64,000 nt of DNA from Mobula hypostoma (GCF_963921235.1 NC_086097.1:24368001-24432000), one strand, 5' to 3'; counted from the stretch's first letter, positions 51,509 through 64,000 are shown. Notes: generated from the sequence alone by a model not told the origin. Translations and numbers: made by a program.

Positions 51509-53529
51509 ATTGTTAAAAACATTGTTAAATAATAACAATGATAATAACAAATATATATTCAATAAATATTGAAAACATAGATGAAGAGGTTGTGGGAACA
51601 GTTCAGTGATGGGGCAAGTGAAATTGAGTGAACTTATCTCCTTTGGTTCAAAAGCCCAATGGTGAAGGGTAATAACTGTTCCTGAAGCTGGTGATGTGGA
51701 TCCTGAGGCTCTTGTACCTCCTTCCTGGTGGCAACAATGAGAAGAGAGCATGACCTGGATGCTTTGAGTTCTTGAGGATGGATGCTGAAGAACGGATGAT
51801 GGTGACAGGTTCTTGACAACAGTACTTCTAGTCGGTGCGCTCAAAGGTGGGGACGGCTGTACTGAGATGGACCGGGCTGTATCCATTATTTCTTGTAGGC
51901 ATTTCCCTTCAAGCGCATTGGGGTTTCCATGCCAGGTTGTGATGCAACTAGTCAATATACTATTCACCACACCTATAGAAGTGACTCAGGGCAGATCCCC
52001 TGAAATGATAACACGAAGGAGTTTAAAGTTGCTTATCCTCTCCACCTCTGATACCCTGATGAGGGTTGTCTCATGGGCCTCTAGTTTCCTCCTCCTGAAG
52101 TAACAGTCATCTCCTTGGTCTTGCTGACATTGAGTGAAAGGTTGTTATTGTGGCACCACTCAGCCAGATTTTCCTCCCTCCTTCATCACTACCTTTGATT
52201 CGGCCAATGACAGTCGTGTCTTCAGCAAATTTAGATATATCATTGTAGCTGTGCTTAGCTTCGCAGTAAGAAGTATAAAGCAAGTAGATCAGGGGGCTAA
52301 GCACACAGCCTTGTGATGCACCTGTGCTGGTGGAGATTGTGGAAGAGATGATGTTGCTAATATCAACTGTCTAGAGTCTGCAAGTGGAAATGTAGGATCC
52401 AATTGCACAAGAAGGTATTGAGTCCTAAGTTTTGAAACTTATTGATTAGTTTTGATGGGATGATGGTATTGAATGCCAAGCTGTAGTCAATGGAGACACC
52501 CTGATGTCTGCACCTTTGCTGTCCAGATATTCCAGGGTTGAGAGAAGAGCCAATTAAGTGGCATCTGCTGTTGACCTGTTGTGATGGTAGGCAAATTGCA
52601 AAGGATCCAAGTTGGTTTTCAGGCAAGAGTTGATACGTTTCATCATCAACCTCTCAAAACATTTCATCACAGTGTATGGGAGTGCTACTGAGTGAGTCAT
52701 TGAGACAGGCTACCACCGGTATAATTGAAGCCCATTTGAAGCAGATGGGTCAGACTGCCAAAGTGTGAGTTTAAAGATATTGGTGAACATTTCAGCCAGT
52801 TGATCAGCATAGGTATTCAGTACTTGGCCAGGTAGCCCATCTGGGTTCACCCTCATAAAGGTTGCTCTCATGTCAGCTTCAGAGACTGAAATCACGGAGT
52901 CATCAGCTGGCGAGGGTGGGGGGTGAGCCTGGGAGTTTGTGAAGGTGCCTCCATGTTTTGATGATCAAAGCGAGCATGGAAGGCATTGATTTGGGGAAGT
53001 GCAGTGATTTATGAGAGAAATTGGGAGAGGAATCATTGACTATTTCACAGAGAAATGGCAATGAGTGTGGTAATCGAGGAGTATATCATGACAATGGATC
53101 TTAACCCTGTCCTTATTCTTCATTCATAGAATTAAACATTTAAATTGAAACCTCTATTATCCCTTCTGAATGAGCTGCCTCTTGATTTCATTCTGCTTGT
53201 AGACCTGCATATTTTCAGGCAGTTTAGCAACGTCCTTTTGAAAGCTGCTTTGGACATCTGCCCTTATCTCTCCCTGGCATGATGTCAAATTTTATTTGAT
53301 AAAGCTCCTGTGAGAGAGCTTGAGAGCTTGGTGTGTTCTGCAATGATAAAGGCCTTACATAATTCAAGCGGTTGTTACTGTTCACTCTGTAGAAAGAACA
53401 TTCAGAGCACTGAAGCAATGGCCCAGGCAATGAGCACCCTGTTCCTAAAGGATATTTTTCAAAGGTACAGGGGATAGTGGGGGGAGGGAGAGTAGACAAA
53501 AGAAGCCACTAACTCTCATCCGAAAGAGA

Positions 53530-54545
53530 CATAGAACATAGTACAGAACAGACCCTTCAGCCCACAATGTTGTTCCGACCTTTTAACCTACTCCCAAGTT
53601 CAAGCAAATGCTTCTCTCCCACATAGCATTCCATTTTTACTTCATCCGTATGCCTTCTTAGGAGTCTTTTAAATGTCCCTAAAGAAAGTGTCTCTAAACC
53701 ACCACCCCTCCAGGGTATTCCATGCACCTACCACACTATGTGTAAGGAACTTATCTCTGACATTCCCTCTATACTTTCCTTCAATCACCTTAAAATTATC
53801 AGAATCAGAATCCGGTTTATTATTGCCGCCATGAATTGTGAAATTTGCTAACTTAGCAGCAGCAGTTCAATGCAATGCAAGATAATATAGAAGAAGAAAA
53901 AATCCATTGGGAGTTCTGTTGCCACACAAGTCGCGTCAAGATGCCCTGGAAGTCGCTTGCCCCTTGTGTTAACTATTTCCACTCTGGGAAAAAGGTGCTG
54001 GCTATCCACTCTATCAGTGCATCTTATCATTTTATACACCTTCATGAAGTCACTTCTCATCCCCTTTGCTTCAAAGAGAAAACCCCTAGCTCACTTAAAC
54101 TTTGCCTACGAGACATGATCTCCAATCCAGGCAGCATCCTGGTAAATTTTCTATTCACCCTCTCTGAAGCTTCCACATCCTTCCTATAATGAGATGACCA
54201 GAACTGAACACAACACTCCAAGTGTGGTCCAATCAGAGTTTTATAAAGCTGCAACATTACCCCACAGCTTTGAACTCAATCTCCTGACTAATGAAGGCCA
54301 ACATACCATACACATTTGTAACCAGCCTGTCAACTTCCATGGCAACTTTGAGGGATCTATGGACATTGACCCCAATTTCCCTCTGTTCCTTCACTGCTAA
54401 GAATCCTGCTAATAACCCTGTATTCTGCCTTCAAGTTCGACTTTCTAAAGTGCATCACTAAACATTTTACCGGGTTGAACTCCATCTGCCTCTTCTCAGC
54501 CCGGCTCTGCAGCCAATGAATGTTCCATTCTAACTTATGATAGCC
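53530..54545 (-). mobile_element. CR1 3' fragment with a small Rex-tail insert
   Basis: QMEFNPVKC, LQLYKTLIGPHLECCVQFWS, MRSDFMKVYKMIR. Confidence 0.8.
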
Positions 54546-55636
54546 TTGTGAGAGAAATGCCGGATAACTCACTAGTCAAGCAGCATTTATGAACAGTCAG
54601 CTTTCTGGGTTATAGGCACAACTGATTTTGCAGATGCTTGAAATCTGGAGCAACGTACACAAAATACTTAAGGAACCCAGCAGGGCAGGCAGCATCTATG
54701 GAGAGAAATAAACTGTCAACATTCAGGGATGATGAAGGGTCCTGGACTGAAACATCAGCTATTTATTCCCCCTCCAAGATGCTGCCTGAACTGTTGAATT
54801 CCTCCAGCATTTTGTGTGTGTTACACAATATTTCGGGTTACCAGAAGTTTTGCGGAAGGATCGCCAAACCAAAACGTTGACCGCTTTCTCTTTCCGCAGA
54901 AGCTACTTGACGAGCTGAGCTCCTCCAGCATTTCAGTTTATGCATCAGATTCCAGCATCTGTAATTTTTTATTTGTTTGTCACTTTGCCTCAGGACATGG
55001 AATGTACCTGTCGAGTGTTTGCAGAGACGTCCTGTGAGTGGTATTGGCTTAGTTTATTAGTGGTTCATGTACCAAGACACAGTGAAAAGCTGTTTGCATG
55101 CCATCCAGAGGTATAAACACAAAATGCTGGAGGAACTCAGCAGGTCAGGCAGTACCTATGGGGAGAAATGAACAGTTGACATTTTGGGCCAACGCCCTTC
55201 ATCAAGATCGGGGGTTTATGTTTGTTACTCTAGATTTCCAGCATCTGCAGAATCTCTTTGTTCAAGACCAGTGAAGTAGTTAACAGAGAAAGAATGTGGA
55301 ATGTAGTGTTACAGTTGCAGAGAAAGAGCAATGTAGAAAAACAATTAAAGTGAAAGGGCCATGACGAGGTAAATTCAGAGATCAAGAGTCCATTTTATCT
55401 TACTAGGGAACAATTAAAGAATGTAATTACGGCAGGATAGAAGCTGTTCTTGACTGAGCCTGGTGGTACATGTTTGCAGGATTTGTATCTACTACCTTAC
55501 GGGAGAGGGGAGAAAAGAGAAGTACTGGGATGAAGGGCCTCGAATATGCTGGCTGATTGATCATGGTTTTAAATGCTCTACCCCTCCCCCACCCCCCACC
55601 GAGGACTGTGGAGGCTCGGTAAATGAAGTTCCATAA

Positions 55637-56039
55637 TGTTACTGTCCAATACGCCCATTACACTGCTGGCATTTAGGGCAACAATGAAGGTCCTCCCTCT
55701 CCAGTGGTGTTCAGACCTTTCTTTATCATGTCAATAGCTTCCTCTTGGTTTTCACTACTCTCATACAAGTCCAGGTGGAGACTCAGGAATACCGTCACAC
55801 TCAGATGTAGAAGGATTCTTCATTGCTGTTTCCTTAACAATTCTGTTTTACCAGTGAGCTTCTAGACCTGGAGAATCGGTGGACCACTCTTAGTCTGTCC
55901 TTTACACTTTGACCTGTTTGGCATGGGTGATCCTACCAAGAGCCAAAGCATAAAGCCTTGACTGCAGCCAACAGAGCTCTCTGGGTCATTGGGACGCAAA
56001 AGCCTCTAAACCACGACAAGGTTGTAGTCCTCTTGGAGA
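55637..56039 (-). mobile_element. 403-bp RTE-derived non-autonomous retroposon with a 12-bp TSD
   Basis: Minus-strand 5' ccttgtcgtggtttagaggcttttgcgtcccaatgacccagagagc...ggtaggatcacccatgccaaacaggtc resembles RTE 5' UTRs; TSD gaagttccataa at 55625-55636 and 56040-56051. Confidence 0.75.
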
Positions 56040-56389
56040 GAAGTTCCATAAAAGGGATGTGAATTCTTTAAAGCTTAGCAAACTTATCTATGTGGATTTG
56101 GCATAGGAACGGGCACTATTACCATCAGGTAGGAGGTACAGTAGTTCCTAACGCTTTCAAAGAGCACAATAGTGTAGTCTAACCAGGGTTTCGCGGAGCT
56201 GCAATACATTTGAGGTGACCCAGTTTACGAAGGGAGCTGACAAATTATTTGATGTGACAAAGAGTTCAATGGTAATTAGAAAAGTGCAGATGTGGTTAGA
56301 AGTGAGAGGTGTGTAAAGAGCATGCCAACAGTATGGGGCTGAACTGTGACTGAATTGCGAGTAGCCTTCACTGGAGTACGGCAGAAGGG

Positions 56390-56650
56390 AATAGTGAGAT
56401 AATGGTTAAGTTACTCAGTGAATGATCTATAAACCTGGATTAGAGACTCGAGTTCAAATCCTACCTCAGCAGTAGAGGAATATAAAATCCAGTTGATTGG
56501 AAACCTGGTATCAGTAATAGTGATCACTAAAATACTGAATTATCACTGAAAACTCATCTGCTGCACTAATCCCTTAAAGGGAACAAAACCAGGGCTTTCA
56601 CCCACCTCCAGCAATATGAGTGACCTTCAAATGGCCTTGCAAGGTGTCCA
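56390..56650 (+). mobile_element. Old tRNA-derived SINE
   Basis: B-box-like gagttcaaatcc; body tcagtaatagtgatcactaaaa...aaaactcatctgctgcactaat. Confidence 0.45.
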
Positions 56651-56699
56651 ATTCTAGCTATGTAACGTCACCATTGATTGCCACAATTGAGGAAGGCAC

Positions 56700-57260
56700 C
56701 GACTCCAGGCATTGAAAGGCCTAGATAGAGTGGACATGGAGAGGGTGTTTCCTACAATGGCGAAAGGGCACAGCCTCAGAGTAGAAGGACATTCCTTTGG
56801 ATCATTGATTAGGAGGATTAGTAACTCAATAAATGTATCCAATTTATAGGACTTTATTCCTTTGGACATGGAAGATTGAGGAGCGGCCTGATGGGGGGTA
56901 TGTAAGATAATGAGGGGATTTGATAAGTTAAAAACAAATTCTCTTTTTTTTCCAGGAAGAGAGTGCTAAAAGTAGAAGAACTTAGGTTTAAAGTCAGAGG
57001 CAGGAAATTTCAAGAAATTTTGAAAGAGACATGACGGCCAGTTTCTTCACGTAAAGGGTATGCATATTTGGAATGAGCAGCTAGAAACGGGGTTGAGGAG
57101 GGCACAACAGCTGCAATTAAAAGCCGTCTAGATATTTATGAGGACTGAAGATCTTTGGAGGCTATTGAGCAAACACAGGCAGGTGAGATGAGCTTGCTGG
57201 ACAGTGCAGTCAGCATGGATAGGTTGGGTCAAAGGGCCTCTTCCCAGGAGGAATGACTCT
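56700..57260 (+). mobile_element. Old CR1 3' fragments
   Basis: Decayed LKGLDRVDMERVFP, GLYS...RLR..L and FFT.RV..IWNE motifs, then a CR1 3' UTR. Confidence 0.65.
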
Positions 57261-57504
57261 GATTAAAAAGGTCAGTGGGGAGCTGAGATAGAACCTGAGA
57301 CTGGAAAACATTATCAAATCTCCAGTGCTCAACAGAGAAACAATGATTGCAAAAGATTAAACTTTGCAACATACAAATAATCCTGACCTGCCTCGGTGGT
57401 GTTGTGTTCCCCCATGTTAAGGTAGCTTCAGTAACAGAAATTTGCCCTTACAAAGTCCGCATATCACCAATGAAACTTTTGAGATAAAAGTTTGATTTTA
57501 GTGT

Positions 57505-59190
57505 CATAGAACACTACAGAACAAACCCTTCAACCTATCTAATCCATGCTGACCTGGTATTCTGCCTAGTTCTATCGACCTGCACCTGGACCATATCCCT
57601 CCATACTCCTCCCATCCATGAACTTATCCAAACGTCTCTTAAATGTTGCACTAGAATATTTCACATCCACCATATCCACTATTTGTGCTTTCAGCTCATT
57701 TCACACTCTCACCACTTACTGAGTGAAGAAGTTCCTCCTCATTATCCCCTTAAACATTTCACCTTTCACCCTTAACTTATGGCGTCTAGTACTGGGCTCA
57801 CCCAACCTCAGTGGAAAAAGTCTGCCTGCATTTATCTTATCTATACCCCTCATAATTCTGTATACTTCTATCAAATTTTCCCTCATTTCCTATGCTCCAG
57901 AGCATAAAGTCCCAACCTATTCAACCTTTCCCTATAACTCAGGTCCTCAAGTCCCAGCAACATCTTTGTAAAATTTCTCTGTACTCTTTCAATCTCTTGA
58001 TATATTTCCCGTAGGCAGGTGACCACAATACTCCAAATTATGCTTTACAACTTCAACATGGCATCCCAATTCTTGTACTCATTTCTTTGATTTACGACGA
58101 CCAATGTAACAAAAGATCTCTTTAAAAACACCATCTACCTGTGACACACACACAATGCTGGTGGAACGCAACAGGCCAGGCAGCATCTATAGGAAGAAGT
58201 ACAGTCAACGTTTCGGATCGAGACCCTTTGTCAGGACTAACGGAAAAAAGAGATAGTAAGAGATTAGAAAGTGGGGGGGGGAGGGGAGACCTGAAATGAT
58301 AGGAGAAGACGGGAGGGGGAGGGATGAAGCCAAGAGCGGAGAAGTTGATTGGCAAAAGGGATACAAGGCTGGATCCAAGAGCTGAGAAGTTGATTGCAAA
58401 AGGGATACAAGGCTGGACTTCTTCCTATAGAGAAGTGTCTCGACCTGAAACGTTGACTGTATTTCTTCCTATAGTTTCATCCCTCCCCCTCCTGTCTTCC
58501 CCTATCATTTCAGATCTCCCCCTCCCCCTCCACTTTCAAATCTTTTACTATCTCTTCTTTCAGTTAGTCCTGACGAAGGGTCTCGACCTGAAACGTTGAC
58601 TGTACTTCTTCCTATAGATGCTGCCTGGTCTGCTGCGTTCCACCAGCATTTTGCGTGTGTTGCTTGAATTTCCAGCATCTGCAGATTTTCTCGGGTTTGC
58701 ATTTTAAAATCTACCTGTGACACTTCTTTTGTGGAATTATGGATCTGTACTCCCAGATCTCTCTGATGTAATGCATTTCTCAATGCCCTACCACTCATAA
58801 ACCATAAGACACGGGAACAGAATAAGGCCACTTGGCCCATTGACTCTGCTCTGCTATTCCATTATGGTTGCTCTGTCGTCCCTCTCAATTCTATTCTCCT
58901 GGCTTCTCCCTGTAACTATTGAAGCCTTTACTGATCAAAAACCTATCAACCCCTGCTTTAAATATACCCAGTGACTTGGCAATGAATTCCACAAATTCAC
59001 CATCCTCTGGCTAAAGAAATTTCTCCTCATCCCTTTTCTGAAGAGATGCCCTTCTATTCTAAGGCTATGTCCTCTGGTCCTTGGCTCCCCGCTATGGAAA
59101 ACATTTTTTCCATATCTGCTCTGTATAGGCCTTTCCATATTCGATAGGTTTCAATGTGATCCCCCTTCATTCTTCTAAACTCCAGCGAGT
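57505..59190 (-). mobile_element. CR1 3' fragments (~57505-58795 and ~58795-59190)
   Basis: ALRNALHQRDLGVQIHNS and NFFSQRMVNLWNSLP; tails at ~57505 and ~58797. Confidence 0.8.
58148..58708 (+). mobile_element. Fold-back Penelope pLTR insertion with a 15-bp TSD; intact hammerhead core at 58565-58602
   Basis: TSD atctacctgtgacac at 58133-58147 and 58709-58723; tagtc-CTGACGA-agggtctcgacct-GAAACGTT-gactg. Confidence 0.85.
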
Positions 59191-60199
59191 TTCCTGTGTA
59201 AGTCCCACCCTGGTTTGTCCTCTGGTTTGTCTGCCCTGATCTGTCTACCCTGGATTGAAATGACTGAGTATATCGGTAACAGACCGAGCAGAGGGTTTCA
59301 CTAACATCTCCCCCAGCAACACAAGGCTGATAATGACAGTATTTTCAACCCAGTCAAGACTTGATATTATCTGTTTCAGGCAACAGTGATGAGTACTGGC
59401 TGCACAGATGATCTGCAAACAGCCCTTTTAATTCAGTGACAGCTCGTCCCTAGAGGCTTGTGTTTTATTTTTCCCTTTCTATGTCTCCCTGTCTCTCTGT
59501 CTTTCTCTCTCCCTCCTTCTGTTCACAGTCACAGCTGCACAGCATGGACCCTCCCAGTCCGACACTAATGTATCTCTTCATTAAAAAAATACAAATCTGA
59601 CAAGCAATATCGCAGCGGCTTGGATCGCGGTGTTACTGCCTACTCCGCACTATTTTTTTTAATAATAAGAACAGTGGCCTCACTTTGGCTGAAGCCCCTC
59701 AGCAGATTTTCTTTCCTCAAATAATGAGCCAACAGAAATAACTACTGCCATTGTGGGTGAGGCAGAATTCTCCAGCTCCTTCCACAGCTCATTAGAGGAA
59801 AGTGGAGTTGACTTGCGTATGTGTGTAGTCTTACCTGCGCTGCCTCTGGGAAAACGTTGATGTATTGGAGAGGGACAGATGTGACTAGGAAGGACATTTT
59901 CAGTACTTCGTCTTTGAGAGCATTGTTGGTTCTCATTTAATTAGAGGAGAGAAGTCAGATGAGACATAACACATTATTAATGGCCTTGGTAAAGTTTACA
60001 GAGGCAGCTCTGACTTCGTTATAACACGTAAGCGTGCTGGAGGAACTTTGCAGGTCAGTCAGCATCTGTAGAGGGAAATAGACAGGTGATGTTATAGATC
60101 GAGACACTTCATCCGGACTGAAAGAACAGAGTATTAAAAAAATAGTGAAGGGAAGACTTGGAGCAACAACTGGCAGGTGATAAGTGGATCCAGGTGCAG

Positions 60200-60520
60200 C
60201 AAGGTAGTGTGGTGGTTAGTGTAATGCTTTACAGCGTCAACAATCTGATCAGTGTTTACCTTTTGCCTCTGTCTGAAAGGAGTTTGTACGTTCTCCCTGT
60301 GCTGAGTGGGTTTTCTCCAGGTGCTCCAGTTTCCTCCCACATTCCAAAGACCTACAGTTTAGTTAGTGAGTTGTGGGCATGCTATGTTGGCGCCAGAAGC
60401 ATGGAGACACTTGCCAGCTGTCATACAACACATCCTCGGACTGTGTTGGTCGTTGGCACAAGTGACGCATTTCACTGTCTGCTTCACTTTTCCACACACA
60501 TGCGACAAATAAAGCTAATT
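60200..60520 (+). mobile_element. V-SINE inserted in a Penelope pLTR relic
   Basis: ggtagtgtggtggttagtgtaatgctttacagc head; V domain gggttttctccaggtgctccagtttcctcccacattccaaagac. Confidence 0.75.
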
Positions 60521-61315
60521 GTACCTCGATCTCATCTCAGTTGAGGGTGGGATGAATGACAGATGGAGGAGGGAAGAGTGGGAATAGCAACAAGTGGCTG
60601 TGAGGTGATCTGTGGAGGCACCCAAGGGCTGTGGATGATGGGATCTGATAGGACAGGAAGGTGCAGCATGGAACTCTGTGAGGGAGCTGGGGTGAGCAGG
60701 CAGGAGGACAAAGGAGGAGAGGAAGCTGCGGCAGGTTGGGCAGATGGAGTGGGTGGAAAGGTGGAAAGAAACAAGGTGTTGTCATTGTTACCTTTACACT
60801 CAAATGTTTCAAAGCTCCCTGGCTGGTCATCTGCCTTCAGACTTGGTGGGGAAAGAAAAAGTCAGGTAAAATGTTCCCCTCTTTGCTCTTGAGATCCTGA
60901 TAAGGATAACAGGTTTGAACGTACCCCGTGTTGCCATAAAGGACAACATTTGAGCCCAGTTTCCACTAGGCATGTACTTTGCACGCATCTCGGGTCAATG
61001 GTTTTGTTACTGGGCAGGTAATCTCAAGGCTCTGGTGAACTGGAGACATGGTGCAATGGGAAAACCCACAGTTACAACATTAGTTCCCACTTTCACAAAA
61101 CCTCATACCAAGTGTTGTAAGTGTTGTAACACTCATGTGTTGCCAGATCCATCATCTGTCCCATCAGTCCAAATGAAGGGTCTCGACTTCAAATGTTGAT
61201 TGTCCGTTTCTTTCTACTGATGTTTCCTGACCTGCTGAGTTCTTCCAGCAGTTGGCTTTTTGCTCCAGTCTCCATCTTAACCACCTCAATCAGCCTGTTT
61301 CGTCACTTTGTATAA

Positions 61316-61396
61316 CAGGGGTTCCCAACCTATTTTTATGCCATGGACCCCTACCATTAACCAAAGGGTCCACGGACACCAGGTAGGGAACCGTTG
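61316..61396. mobile_element. ~80-bp hAT MITE (third copy)
   Basis: caggggttcccaacc ... ggtagggaaccgttg; internal sequence matches 4579-4658 in reverse orientation. Confidence 0.75.
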
Positions 61397-61444
61397 CTCT
61401 TGGATATAAATTACTCCAAACTGGGTGTTGAGAACCCACCTCAT

Positions 61445-62365
61445 AAACAAAAAAAAACGGATTCAGCAGATGCTGGAAATTCAGAGGAACGCATCCAATG
61501 TGCTGGAGGAACTCAGCAGGTCAGGCAGCATCCATGGAAGGGAATAAACTGTCAATATTTCGGGCCGAGACCTTTCATCGGGATTGGAAAAGAAGGGGGC
61601 AGAAGCCAGAATAAGAAGTTGGGGGGGAAGAGAAGGAGTACAAACTGACAAGTGATATGTGAAACCGAGTGAGGGGGAAGGTGGTTATGTGGGGGAGGGG
61701 GGATGAGGTGAGAAGCTGGAAAATGATAGGTAGGAGAGGTAAAGGGCTGAAGAAGGAATCTAATAAGAGAGGGCAGTGGACCATGGTAGAAAGGGAAGGA
61801 GGAAATGAACCAAAAGGAGGTGATGGGCAACAGAGGAGAATTGAGCTAAGAAGTAAACCAGAAAGGGGAATGGATATAGAGAGAAGCAGGGAGGAAGGAG
61901 TAATCACTAAAAGTAAGAGTAATTGATACTCATGCCATCAGGTTGGAGACTACCGTGATGGATTATGAGGCGTTGCTCCTGCACACTGAGTTTGACCTCA
62001 CCTATCTACCTGTCAGTTTGTACTCTTCCCCCTCCATCACCGTCTTATATTGGTTTCTCTCCCCTTTCTTTCCAGTCCTGATAAAGTCTTGGCCTGTAAT
62101 GTCGACTGTTTATTCCTTATGTACACAGTCTTTGTGTTCGGGCAATATCCTCCCACATTTCCCTCCCTTATTGCTTGTACATTGTGACGAAGATGCAACG
62201 TAAAGATTTTTACTCCCTCATGTTGTGAGATGGATGTAAGAAATGAAAGAAATTCTACTTCTAATTCTAATAATTCTCCACAAATGCTGCCTGACCTGTT
62301 GAGTTTCTCCAGCACTTTATGTGTGTTGATCAAAATTTCCAGCCTCTGCAGAATCTCTTGTGTCT
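61445..62365 (-). mobile_element. Penelope pLTR/3' end with an inverted piece
   Basis: gcagatgctggaaattc..., a purine tract and catgccatcaggttggagactacc; inverted copy at ~62000-62365. Confidence 0.7.
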
Positions 62366-62914
62366 ATTTCCTGACATTAGTAATCCAATCGACAGGGACA
62401 ATTTACAACAGTCACTTCACCTACCAGCCTTCCTGTCTTTATGACGTGGGAAGAAACTGGAGCATTCGGAGGAAGCCCACGTGGTGGCAGACAGAACATG
62501 CAGACTCCCCATAGAAAGTATCAAAGATCAGAATTAAATCTGTGTCACACCAGATCATAATCAGATGAGATTTTACCGATGCTGGAGATCCAGAGTAGCA
62601 CACACACAATATTGGAGGATCTCTGCAGGCCAGGCAGCATCTGTGGATAGGAATAAACAGTCAATATTTTGGGCCGAGGCACTTCGTACCTCTTGTATTT
62701 GAGAGACCCATTTTGACCTGCTGAGTTCCTGCAGCACTTTGTGTGCATTGCAGGAGATGTGAGGCTGCGCTGCTTTTCCACCCTAAATGCAATATTACCA
62801 CGGGAATGGCCATCGGACACAGAGCACTGAGGATGTGAAAGGCGCCTCATAAATGAAGGCTTTTCTCTCTCAAGTGCCGGTAAGACAGCAGCACAAACCC
62901 TCCACATTCCCTGG

Positions 62915-62929
62915 GTTGCCACGGGTAAC
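62915..62929. promoter_or_regulatory. RFX X-box-like palindrome
   Basis: GTTGCC-ACG-GGTAAC fits GTNRCC-N0-3-RGYAAC; motif match only. Confidence 0.3.
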
Positions 62930-63597
62930 CACGCTGGAGGTTAATTACGTCATTGGTTTTCTTCTGAAGTACTTAATGCCTCCTTAAGCGACAGAATGGG
63001 ATATATATTGTTCCAATTGTCAAGTTATTAATGTAAAATATAGCGTCTCTAAATGAAGCAGTGAGATCTGTTGGAAAAGCACGGTCTCTAAGGTCATTGG
63101 CAAGAAATGAATGAAGTCTCATTTACATTCTTTACCTGTACCCAGCAAAGTCCAATCATGTCTTGATTCAGACCGGCACCAACAGCCTGCACAAAACCTT
63201 GCGTCTTTTATATATGTTATTGCTCTAATTTGTCTCCCTGATATTTTGATAGCTTAAGGAGAGGCTGCAGGATGGAGGCCATTAATTATCTTACTTCATT
63301 AAGTACTCCTTGCTCTGCTGGAAGCAGATCGAGTGTGTAGCTGTTGGCTTCACCTGTCTGCAGCAAATGAAGTGGGTAACCCTTGGTGTTCTGCTGCCCG
63401 ATTTGAGATGGCACCCAGCCTGCACTGAGCCATGCTCGGTCACTGGTCACTGTCCTGGGGACAGGTTTCTTACTGAGGACATACATGCACTAACATAGAC
63501 ACCTCTAATACACAGACGTGCAAGTAAGCACACACACAACCACAGTCACACGGACCAGACGAGCATATTTCCGTCTCCCGTATACTCGCACATAAGC

Positions 63598-63870
63598 CGC
63601 TGTGGTAATGTAGCAGTTAGCGTGATGCTATTACAGCTGAGGGCACCAGAGTTTGCAGATCAGTCCCGATGTCCTCTGTACGTCCTTCCCGTGGAATGCA
63701 TGAGGGCTCCAGTCTTCTCCCACAGTTCAAAGTCATACCGGGTAGGTTAATTGTCATTGCAAATTGTCCTGTGATTAAGTTAGGGTTAAATCGGGGTTGT
63801 TGGGGGTTGTTGAGTGGCGTGGCTCGTAGGGCCGGAAGGACCTATTCCTCACTATATCTCTACAGGAATA
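63598..63870 (+). mobile_element. V-SINE
   Basis: gtggtaatgtagcagttagcgtgatgctattacagc head; ctccagtcttctcccacagttcaaag V domain; gggccggaaggacct tail. Confidence 0.65.
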
Positions 63871-64000
63871 AATTATCTGTCTATCTCATGCACAGATCTC
63901 TTTCTCTCTCTCCATCTCTCTCTCTCTCCTCCCTCTCTTCTATCTCCCGTATATTCACAAATAAGATATCTGTCTACCCCATGCACACACAATGTATCTG

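Larger units (their letters stand above)
47352..52990 (-). mobile_element. Rex1/Babar LINE (RT to 3' tail), split by the Dong element
   Basis: [39 protein letters not shown] and SILTSCITTWHG in 51476-52895; 3' UTR with a tttgaacttt tail at 47352-47520. Confidence 0.8.

Noticed and set aside
59742..59936. Minus-strand coding exon ending at CAG|GTAAG
   Set aside because: No clear upstream acceptor, and the peptide is not recognisable.
63865..64000. CT-rich terminal tract as a regulatory element
   Set aside because: An ordinary low-complexity microsatellite next to a SINE tail.

Overview
Eukaryotic, repeat-saturated non-coding DNA, either intergenic or inside a large intron. The repeat complement (CR1 LINEs, V-SINEs, Deu-domain SINE relics, many Penelope pseudo-LTRs, Rex1/Babar fragments) points to a cartilaginous fish, probably a ray or shark; this is an inference. 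I find no convincing host exon, and essentially every recognisable ORF in the track is transposon-derived. Highlights: (1) a 1,639-bp Sleeping Beauty-family Tc1 element (27112-28750) whose left end has been replaced by a 434-bp inverted copy of its right end; (2) about 25 Penelope pseudo-LTR copies carrying minimal type-I hammerhead ribozymes, several with intact cores, one as a 64-66-nt tandem, four as fold-back insertions with 13-15-bp TSDs, plus a second, unrelated hammerhead family; (3) two R4/Dong-clade retrotransposons, one nearly full length, both in (TAA)n; (4) a four-level nested insertion stack at 26.9-30.5 kb; (5) a TSD-flanked 403-bp RTE-derived non-autonomous element; (6) repeat-free islands with Sox-Oct, RFX and homeobox motifs that may be enhancers. 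Family names and comparisons with reference elements are from memory, not a database search. Boundaries of old fragments are approximate.
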